From Candidatus Paracaedimonas acanthamoebae (lineage in GTDB: Bacteria > Pseudomonadota > Alphaproteobacteria > Caedimonadales > Caedimonadaceae): 32,000 bases of DNA. The stretch lies in assembly GCA_000743035.1 (NCBI GenBank), contig CP008936.1, positions 270,001 through 302,000 on the forward strand. Reading direction: 5' to 3'. Below the pieces are notes generated by a model. The model worked only from the letters and a program-made list of their open reading frames with translations, did not search any database and was not told where the DNA came from. Positions 16,788 to 25,896 of this stretch are shown one piece after another; position 1 is the first letter of the stretch; each line of letters opens with the position of its first letter. Both the position numbers and the translations under genes were made by a program.

Positions 16788-17786
16788 CTAGACTTTGTAA
16801 TATTCTTTATACCACTCAATAAATTTGGGTATTCCTTGAGAAATCGGGGTTGTAGGAGAATAATTTAAGTCCTGCTCAGAAGCAGTGATCTCAGCTAAAC
16901 TTTCTGGAACATCTCCTGCTTGTAAGGGCAGCATTTCTAATATTGCTTTTTTGCCAAGCTCTTTTTCAATTAATTCAATAAATTCAATAAGTTTTTCACT
17001 TTTATTATTCCCAAGATTATAAATTTTATGTGGGGCGGTAGATGCCTCTTGAGAGGGAGGAGCATTTAAAGCCCCCATAATTCCTTCTATAATATCATCG
17101 ATATAAGTAAAATCTCGTTTCATTTTCCCATAATTAAATACTTGGATGGGATGGTCATTAACAATGGCGTTTGTGAATAAAAAGACAGCCATATCGGGAC
17201 GACCCCAGGGGCCATAAACTGTGAAAAAACGAAGACCAGTTGATGGAATGCGATAAAGATGAGCGTAGGATTGTGTTATAAGTTCATCTGCTTTTTTAGT
17301 GGCGGCATAAAGTGAAACCGGTGTATCGCATCGATCTTCAATAGAAAAAGGTAATTTTGTATTTCCTCCATAAACAGAGGACGAACTTGCATAAATAAAG
17401 TGCTGAAATCTTTCTCTTTGGCGCGCAAGTTCTAAGATGGTCATATGTCCCATGATATTTGATTCTATATATGCAAATGGATTGATAAGAGAATAACGAA
17501 CTCCCGCTTGAGCAGCTAAATGCACAATTTGTAGGATTGATGGATGGTGATCCCAAATTTGTTGCATATGAGCTCGGTCAGAAATATTAGCTTGATAAAA
17601 TTTAAAACAGGAAAAATTTTCTAAATTTTTTAATCGTGCTTGTTTAAGCGAAACATCATAATAATCGTTGAGATTATCCACGCCAACAACAGTAAAACCA
17701 TGTTTAAGAAGGCGTAAGGTTAAACTGTAACCAATAAAACCAGCAACGCCTGTGACAAGAATTGAAGATGACGATAGTGATAACAT
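16788..17786 (-). CDS. NAD-dependent sugar-nucleotide epimerase, UDP-glucuronate 4-epimerase-like (SDR family)
   Basis: Rossmann motif ILVTGVAGFIGYS, DNLNDYYDVSLKQARL, and catalytic YAATK (YxxxK). About 330 aa, typical of the CapI/LpsL-type epimerases. Confidence 0.8.
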   Translation of the reverse strand: MLSLSSSSILVTGVAGFIGYSLTLRLLKHGFTVVGVDNLNDYYDVSLKQARLKNLENFSCFKFYQANISDRAHMQQIWDHHPSILQIVHLAAQAGVRYSLINPFAYIESNIMGHMTILELARQRERFQHFIYASSSSVYGGNTKLPFSIEDRCDTPVSLYAATKKADELITQSYAHLYRIPSTGLRFFTVYGPWGRPDMAVFLFTNAIVNDHPIQVFNYGKMKRDFTYIDDIIEGIMGALNAPPSQEASTAPHKIYNLGNNKSEKLIEFIELIEKELGKKAILEMLPLQAGDVPESLAEITASEQDLNYSPTTPISQGIPKFIEWYKEYYKV

Positions 17787-17815
17787 TCTAAATACTTCTT
17801 TTAATCAACATAAGT

Positions 17816-19108
17816 TTAATTAGCTTCAATCTTAGAAGATAATACATGATTTTTTGCAAATGTTTCACGAATAAAATATGTGAGCAATAAGGCTAAGAGA
17901 AGACACAATGGAATAGAAGACAGCGCAAGTTTCCAATTTTCAAGTGTATAAAATGGTAGACCTTGCTTGATTTTTCCATCCCAAGCTTGATCTAGGGTCC
18001 AGCCAATGAAAGGTTGAAAGATTACCCCACTTAACATAACCGTCATATTGGTAAGCCCTAAAGTAAGCCCACTCATAGAAGAGGGAATAATTTCGCATAT
18101 TGCAGCAAAGCCCAATAGTTGTCCTGTGAAGGAAACTCCTGTGAGAAAGAGAAGTACATACATAACGGGCAAAGAGATTGGTACGAATATGATAATCATA
18201 TAAAGAATAATAGCGCATATAGCTGAAATTATCATAGGATAACGACGTGTCTGAAAATAATCAGAAAGATACGTTGTAATAGGACTAGCAATCGCAATTC
18301 CGAAGAAAATCATGGCAATTGCACTAGCGGCTATCTTGCGTTCTAAGTTGTAGACCGTACTTAGATAAGGAACGCCCCATAGGTCAGCAAACGCAGAAAG
18401 AGGGACATACATAAGTGAGCTATAAGTAGCAATAACCCAAAATTGAGAGTTTCGTAAAAGCTGGTACAAACCTTTCCACAAATTGCGTGCTGAAGGTAAA
18501 GGAGTTTCTGTTGAAGAGGGAGCATTTTTATCGCGTATAATAAACCACATTGCCAAAGCTAACATAAGCCCAAGTCCACTTATCAAAAAAAGTGAGGCTC
18601 GCCACCCAATATACTCAAGTAAAAAAGCCAAAGGGGCACCCCCCGAAGTGGCGCCTATGGTGCCTAAAACCATTGTAAATCCAATTACTTTTCCTACTTT
18701 TTGGGGAGGAAACCATAAAGTGGCCAGCTTTAAAGTTCCAATAAAAGCACAAGCAGAACCTGCCCCCATCAATAATCTTCCTATGGATGCCAGAGGAAGC
18801 GTAGTTGCGCTTGCGAATAAAAAACTTCCTGCGACACAGAGCGATGTTGAGAACGTTAAAACACGACGAGGTCCAAACCGATCCATAATAAACCCTAAAG
18901 GAATTTGTAAGGCGTCGTAGGCGTAATAATAAAAAGCGCTCAGAATCCCTAGTGCGTACCCGTTAACTTGAAAGGCACGCATAAGTTCTGTTGTCATGAT
19001 GCTGGGAGAGACCCGTAAAATAAACTGATAGCAATAAAATAATCCGCCGCATAGCCAGATAGCCCAGGGGATATAACGTATAAAGCTAGGATTTTTTATA
19101 AAATTCAT
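17816..19108 (-). CDS. MFS transporter (tandem paralog 1)
   Basis: About 12 predicted TM segments. The MFS loop motif is DRFGPRRVL. It aligns along its whole length with the upstream ORF 19161-20486. Confidence 0.85.
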   Translation of the reverse strand: MNFIKNPSFIRYIPWAIWLCGGLFYCYQFILRVSPSIMTTELMRAFQVNGYALGILSAFYYYAYDALQIPLGFIMDRFGPRRVLTFSTSLCVAGSFLFASATTLPLASIGRLLMGAGSACAFIGTLKLATLWFPPQKVGKVIGFTMVLGTIGATSGGAPLAFLLEYIGWRASLFLISGLGLMLALAMWFIIRDKNAPSSTETPLPSARNLWKGLYQLLRNSQFWVIATYSSLMYVPLSAFADLWGVPYLSTVYNLERKIAASAIAMIFFGIAIASPITTYLSDYFQTRRYPMIISAICAIILYMIIIFVPISLPVMYVLLFLTGVSFTGQLLGFAAICEIIPSSMSGLTLGLTNMTVMLSGVIFQPFIGWTLDQAWDGKIKQGLPFYTLENWKLALSSIPLCLLLALLLTYFIRETFAKNHVLSSKIEAN

Positions 19109-19160
19109 GAGGTCTTTCTAACAAAGAAAAAGAGATGGTTCAAGTGAGCAACAGATGATA

Positions 19161-20486
19161 TTAGTTGGAGGGATCAGAATTATGAGGACCTTTTAATTCT
19201 TCTGGGAAAGTTTCAGGAATAAATCTTAAAAGCAAAAAAGCAATCAATCCACTGAGAGGGATAGGGAGTAGCGCAAACCTCCATTCACTTAAAGTGTAAT
19301 CAGGTAATCCATTGGTTATTTGCCCTTGCCAAAATTGATCTAAAAGCCCTCCAATAAGAGGGAGGCAAATAACCCCACTCAACATCACAGTCATATTTGA
19401 GAAACCTATTGCAACCCCGCTGACAGAATGAGGAACAATATCGCAAATTGAAGCAAAAGAAAGAATCTTTCCTGAATAAAATATGCCAGCAAGAAAGAGA
19501 AGTATATACATAACACTGAGTGGAATCCCGGGCAGATAGATAATAGCCGTATATACAAGTAGAGAACCAATAGCTGCAATCATCATAGGCCAAAGACGAG
19601 TTTTGTAGTGGTCTGAAAGAAAAGTGCTAATGGGAGATCCTATGGCTGCGCCGACAAAAATCATAGAGATAACTGATGCTGCAACAGGACAGTCGAGTTT
19701 ATACATTTCTCTTATGAAAGGAACACCCCATAGATCTGCAAAAGCAGCAATAGGAACATACATTAAAGCACTATAAATTGCGATAATCCATATTTTAGGC
19801 ATTCGGACGATTGTTAATAATCCTTTTAGAAGGGATGTCCCTTCATTCTCTATGTTTAAAGGGCGGCTCCAGGGATTATCTTGATGATCTTTGTCTTTTA
19901 CAACAAGCCAAATTGTGATGGTTAAGCAGAGTCCTAAAAATGCAAGCAGGAGAAAAGAAATTTGCCAATTCGTTTTTTCAACAAGAAAAGCTAAGGGGGC
20001 TCCTCCCACACTAGCACCTAACGTTCCTAAGAAAATGGTTAACCCAATAAGTCGCCCTACACGTTGTGGTGGAAACCATAAAGTAATTAATTTGATACTT
20101 CCTAAGAGAGCACAAGCCGATCCTGCGCCAATCAAAAGACGTCCAAAAGAAGCCATAGAAAGGCTCTTTGCCATTGAAAATATTAAGGTTCCAATAACAG
20201 TTGTTAAGCAAGACAAAGCAAGAATTTTGCGAGGGCCAAACCGATCAACAATCATTCCTATAGGCACTTGCATTAAAGCATAAGCATTATAGAAAAAAGC
20301 AGAAAGAACCCCCAAGGAATAACTTTGGACGTTAAAATGTCGCATAAGATCTTCGGTTATAATACTAGGAGAAATGCGCAGAATAAATTGAAAGAAGTAA
20401 AAAAAACTTCCACAAGCCCAAATTTTCCATGGAAGAAAATCAATGTTCGAAGCTTGAGAAATAGATTCTTTTTGTTTCAGAGTCAT
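19161..20486 (-). CDS. MFS transporter (tandem paralog 2)
   Basis: Same architecture as paralog 1. Shared blocks include FQFILR(V/I)SPSI, DRFGPR, GRLL(M/I)GAGSACA, LWFPPQ(K/R)VG and GGAPLAFL. Confidence 0.85.
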   Translation of the reverse strand: MTLKQKESISQASNIDFLPWKIWACGSFFYFFQFILRISPSIITEDLMRHFNVQSYSLGVLSAFFYNAYALMQVPIGMIVDRFGPRKILALSCLTTVIGTLIFSMAKSLSMASFGRLLIGAGSACALLGSIKLITLWFPPQRVGRLIGLTIFLGTLGASVGGAPLAFLVEKTNWQISFLLLAFLGLCLTITIWLVVKDKDHQDNPWSRPLNIENEGTSLLKGLLTIVRMPKIWIIAIYSALMYVPIAAFADLWGVPFIREMYKLDCPVAASVISMIFVGAAIGSPISTFLSDHYKTRLWPMMIAAIGSLLVYTAIIYLPGIPLSVMYILLFLAGIFYSGKILSFASICDIVPHSVSGVAIGFSNMTVMLSGVICLPLIGGLLDQFWQGQITNGLPDYTLSEWRFALLPIPLSGLIAFLLLRFIPETFPEELKGPHNSDPSN

Positions 20487-20762
20487 GACATTTTATATCC
20501 GCAAAAAGAATGATTAAAGACTCTGAGAGTCCTTAATAAATCGGAAGGATAGAAAAATAAAATTTTCAATGTGTTACTTAAACCTCTTGGTAAAGTACCT
20601 TAAACAATGTTGGCAGGAGCCTGCCCAAGCAACCATAGTTTGTGTGGATAGGTTGCAATTAGGGTGCAATTTTGCAAAAGTTGACTCTAACCCTCTTTTT
20701 CAAAAATATGCAACTATAAACAGTTACAAGCTTGAATTTAATTTTGAAAGCTTAATTCATAA

Positions 20763-20791
20763 TTGACGCTTATAAAACGGCATGTTATATA
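20763..20791 (+). promoter_or_regulatory. Sigma-70-type promoter of groES-groEL
   Basis: TTGACG (20763-20768), a 17-nt spacer, then TATATA (20786-20791). It sits immediately upstream of the CIRCE inverted repeat. Confidence 0.6.
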
Positions 20792-20792
20792 G

Positions 20793-20819
20793 TTAGCACT
20801 CTTCCTGTTTAAGTGCTAA
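20793..20819 (+). promoter_or_regulatory. CIRCE operator (HrcA binding site)
   Basis: The sequence is TTAGCACTC-ttcctgttt-AAGTGCTAA. The consensus is TTAGCACTC-N9-GAGTGCTAA. The left arm is perfect, the spacer is 9 nt and the right arm has one mismatch. It lies about 60 nt before the groES ATG. Confidence 0.9.
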
Positions 20820-20878
20820 TGTGGGGCTTAATGGCAGGTGAAGAGCAACTTTCGTCTTTTAGAGAAAGGAGACAAGAC

Positions 20879-21169
20879 ATGAAATTTAAACCACTCCACG
20901 ATCGCGTGCTTGTAAGACGCATCGAACAAGAATCCAAAACTGCAGGTGGGATTATCATCCCTGATACAGCAAAAGAAAAGCCTATCGAAGGCGAAGTACT
21001 TGCTATTGGTTCTGGCATTTGCGATGAGTCCGGCAAGGTTAGACCCCTCGATGTTAAGGTTGGAGATCGTATTGTTTTTGGCAAATGGTCTGGAACCGAA
21101 GTTAAAGTTGAAGGCGAAGAATTATTGATTCTTAAAGAGTCAGATATTTTTGGCATTCTTGCCGCCTAA
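20879..21169 (+). CDS. groES: Co-chaperonin GroES
   Basis: [41 protein letters not shown], 96 aa, with AAGGAG 7 nt before ATG 20879. The longer track ORF from 20813 is an upstream extension running through the CIRCE element. Confidence 0.95.
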   Translation: MKFKPLHDRVLVRRIEQESKTAGGIIIPDTAKEKPIEGEVLAIGSGICDESGKVRPLDVKVGDRIVFGKWSGTEVKVEGEELLILKESDIFGILAA

Positions 21170-21187
21170 TGGATGATAATTAATTAA

Positions 21188-22861
<1,674 letters not shown>

Positions 22862-22888
22862 TCCTACCCCAGCTTACAGTTCAAAAAG

Positions 22889-22919
22889 AAAGGGTTGCAG
22901 AAATGCAGCCTTTTTTTAT
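22889..22919 (+). terminator. groEL rho-independent terminator (copy 1 of an identical 31-nt repeat)
   Basis: Sequence aaaGGGTTGCAgaaaTGCAGCCttttttt. It forms a 7-bp stem (one G-U pair) with a GAAA tetraloop and a T7 tail. It is identical over 31 nt to 24600-24630. Confidence 0.8.
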
Positions 22920-23042
22920 TTATAATAGTTTTCCTATTTGGATATTCTCTAGGGAGAAATATAAGAGAGATTTAAAGATTGAATCTTAAATATTTTTCCA
23001 TTATGTTAAATTTGTTGTGAAAAACAAATATTCATCTATGAC

Positions 23043-24572
23043 ATGAAACTTAAAATTTTAAACCTTCTCATCTTCATAGGATCTATCCACTCTGCTAATG
23101 CTTCAACTAATAAAAGATTAGAGGAGTTCGATCAGGCATGGGCAAGAGATATCCATAGTCTAAGTTATAAAATCCAAGAAATAACCAAAATAGAAGTCAA
23201 CAATATTAAAGGTCGTCTAGTTCCTTCAAACAGCATTGTTCAGAGACTCAAGCCAATTTTAGATGGAATACAAGAGTTAGGGTCTGAAACTGATCCAAGT
23301 GTTAGAGTTATTATGCAGGCTTATAGGTTGTTTAAATGTTCTTTAGAAGCTTATTATCAACCCTTAACTCATGAATTGAGCCCGCAATTAACGGATGTTT
23401 ACCATAGAGTAACAAAAGAAAATTTTGGTAATGATGTTGAATATATGGCACAATTTCTCAAAATTACCTCACAAATGGTTTTTTATGAGCCACCTGAAAA
23501 TTATGCAAAATTCTTTGGTGTCAATATTGCTAAAAATCATGCCGTTTTTTTCACTCTCTGTAAAGAAAGACTCCCCCATCTTTATCCTGAGTATTTTACA
23601 TGGCAGATGGTTGCTAATGATAACCATAATGTCGTAAAGTTTTTAAGTGCTCTTTATAAAACCCATAAGTCTTATGGGGTAGAGATGCAAGGCTATTTAA
23701 AAGAATCTTGGCAAGCCCATCGAATGGCTTTACCTAAAATATGCCCACATCATATAGGACCCCTAATATCAAGTATTAAAGAAACGGATGAAAGCATTAA
23801 AGCTGAGTCTTTAGTAGAAAAAAATTGGAAAAAGAACCTTATTACGGAGGATGTAAGGAGTAGAATTAAATCTTTGTTAGATCATCCTCCTCAATATTTT
23901 ATTCTTGATGAGACACCGGAATTTTTAAAAGAGTCTATAAAAATATTAACTTTTGTGAATGAGCCTGTAAAAAAAGACATAACAACTGATATAAGTGAAT
24001 CTCCTAAACCATCCTTGCCGCCTGCTAAAGAAGTTGAGGGTGAAATAGCTGCTTCAAGCACTTCTTCTATTATTATGGTGCCAACTCAGGAAGACACAAC
24101 TCTTCCTGAGGTAAATAGTGTGATGGATTTTTTGGAATTTTATACGCAGCTGGAACCTTCTCAAGGTCTTACTTTTCCTGCGAGTACGGCTACTTCTGAG
24201 AAAGCCCGTGTAGGTACAAGAACACGGTTTAAAACAGCAGGTGCCAACAATAAAAGAAAGCAAAAAAAAGAAGACAGGCTAATCATACCACCTCTTGAAA
24301 AAACTTCATTTACCTTACGGCACACTATGGCAGAAGAAGCAATAGAAGATTTTCTTAAAGCACTTAATGTTTTAAGTGAGGCTACACGAAAAAGCTTGCC
24401 TGAAAGAATTAAAGAAGACATTAAAAACTTAAAGTCTAAACAGCTTTCATTAAAAAGAGCTTACAAAATTATGTTGAGAATAATTAACTATGCTGGCGTC
24501 CTTGAACTTGATAGAGGAAAAGGAAGCCACGCACTTGTTACGATTTTTAGAGATGGAAAACCTAAAAAATAA
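23043..24572 (+). CDS. 509-aa exported hypothetical protein with a basic K/R patch and a truncated HicA-like C-terminus
   Basis: Signal-like N-terminus MKLKILNLLIFIGSIHSANA. About 300 aa are unassigned, followed by a Ser/Thr/Pro/Glu-rich linker and the basic patch NNKRKQKKEDR. The last about 45 aa (LKRAYKIMLRIINYAGVLELDRGKGSHALVTIFRDGKPKK) resemble the N-terminal two-thirds of HicA/YcfA toxins, including the GSH motif. There is no obvious SD before the ATG. Confidence 0.65.
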   Translation: MKLKILNLLIFIGSIHSANASTNKRLEEFDQAWARDIHSLSYKIQEITKIEVNNIKGRLVPSNSIVQRLKPILDGIQELGSETDPSVRVIMQAYRLFKCSLEAYYQPLTHELSPQLTDVYHRVTKENFGNDVEYMAQFLKITSQMVFYEPPENYAKFFGVNIAKNHAVFFTLCKERLPHLYPEYFTWQMVANDNHNVVKFLSALYKTHKSYGVEMQGYLKESWQAHRMALPKICPHHIGPLISSIKETDESIKAESLVEKNWKKNLITEDVRSRIKSLLDHPPQYFILDETPEFLKESIKILTFVNEPVKKDITTDISESPKPSLPPAKEVEGEIAASSTSSIIMVPTQEDTTLPEVNSVMDFLEFYTQLEPSQGLTFPASTATSEKARVGTRTRFKTAGANNKRKQKKEDRLIIPPLEKTSFTLRHTMAEEAIEDFLKALNVLSEATRKSLPERIKEDIKNLKSKQLSLKRAYKIMLRIINYAGVLELDRGKGSHALVTIFRDGKPKK

Positions 24573-24599
24573 AGGTGAGTTTATTTTAAGTTTAGTAAA

Positions 24600-24630
24600 A
24601 AAGGGTTGCAGAAATGCAGCCTTTTTTTAT
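24600..24630. terminator. Copy 2 of the 31-nt terminator repeat, potentially bidirectional (A6 upstream, T7 downstream)
   Basis: The 31-mer is identical to 22889-22919. It lies 27 nt after the 509-aa ORF stop and 9 nt from the 3' end of the convergent TraB/GumN pseudogene. Confidence 0.75.
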
Positions 24631-24639
24631 GTTTGGTAA

Positions 24640-25804
24640 CTATTTACTTCGTATGGCGTGATACCCCTTACTTTTTGCCCATCCAATAATGGCTGGAACA
24701 TGGCCCAGACCTACAGCGACGAAGGTACTTTCTACTTGAATATGTTTTTCTAAAACCGAAAGCCACCTTTTAGTTCTGATCAACGAGGAGGGTAAAAACC
24801 TCCATTTATCGAAACTGATCAGATTATTGTGGTATTCGTAGGCGGTAGAATCTTTCAAAAGACTTTCTATCGTTAATATTGTGGGTGGCTGATAATTGAG
24901 GCTCGGCAATTCTGGGATGGTTTCCATGATTAATTCAAGTGTTTCCAAGTCAACTTGATTTAAAATATGGGAGAGCTCTAACACTTCTGCTTCAACTCTA
25001 AGTGTAAAGGTATCAAAACTTACAGTTTGTATGCCATTTCTTTCTGCAGATTCTGTCATTTAATTATTCATTGCAAAGGTCGTAATGAAGTCTTTTCCTA
25101 AGGTCTTAGATAATAAAAAGAAAAAAGCAACAGGATGAATTTTATCAAATTTCTTTGAGTCGATAGGGTATTCTGTTAAATACCCAATAAAAGCTGGAGA
25201 ATTTAAGTGTTTCTTTTGTTCTATCAGTATATTTAAAATTTGAAAGCGAGACTTATCAGGAAGCTTTTCCTACCAATCAACAAGAAGGCCGCTTATTTTT
25301 TGTTTTGTTTCTCTGGCTGTCTTTGCAATAAGGTCTTCTTTAGGAATATAGACGTAAGGATGGAAAGAATATTTTTGGTCCCACCTTTCTTTTTCTCGTG
25401 CAGTAATATATTGAAGTTCTTTGCTGATATTCAAGAAGAAACGATTTTTATTGAATTTTCTTTCTACCTTTGAATTGCCAACATCTGCATCATCAAATTC
25501 AGGCCCTAGCTCAACACATACAATTTGGCATCGTAACAGAGTTTCTTTGATCGATGGTGACATTAAAAAAAGGATAAGAATGAAGTGTTCCTAAAACTCA
25601 GAAAGTATGATCTTCCTTATAAAGTTTATAAAGATATGACCTAGTCTGTCGTGGAAATGGAGATAGATGTAAATCTAAGGTTTTAGGCGAAGGATGATAA
25701 GAAGCTTGTTTTTCTTCATCTAACTCTTGTGAGGCTTTGCAAGAGATAAAATAATGAAGGCTAAAGGCAAGAAGATATAATGAATATTTTAAAAAATGAG
25801 TCAT
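24640..25804 (-). pseudogene. TraB/GumN-family protein gene, disrupted by three in-frame stops and one frameshift
   Basis: My own translation links three track ORFs (25804-25598, 25563-25270, 25059-24640). The junctions read ..YKEDHTF-TGA-VLGTLHSYPF(frameshift in the A7/T7 run 25565-25571)LMSPSIKETLLRCQIVCVELGPEF...LLVDW-TAG(25269-25267)-EKLPDKSRFQ...FAMNN-TAA(25062-25060)-MTESAE...FVAVGLGHVPAIIGWAKSKGYHAI. The N-terminal LGT.H and C-terminal AVG.GH...G....L...GY blocks are the TraB/GumN hallmarks. A good SD (AAGGAG) and a signal peptide are still present. Confidence 0.75.
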
Positions 25805-25896
25805 GAAGAGACTCCTTTAATAAAAGACAAGAAAAGATTACATTACATTATTAAAAAAAGAGGAGCTTAAATTAGCTTATAAAATAAATTGTAGGT

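Noticed and set aside
18483-20283. Two plus-strand ORFs (18483-18920 and 19891-20283) antisense to the two MFS genes. They resemble each other (..KAKGAPP..AP.VPK..VNPI..P....GGNHKV..).
   Set aside because: Their mutual similarity is a by-product of the sense-strand paralogy, because they cover the same conserved MFS region in both copies. They have no SD and a proline/basic-rich mirror composition.
20569-20766. A 65-aa plus-strand ORF in the MFS/groES intergenic spacer.
   Set aside because: It has no SD and a Cys/Leu-rich unusual composition, and it spans the hairpin block and the groES promoter region. The RNA-structure and regulatory interpretation is more plausible.
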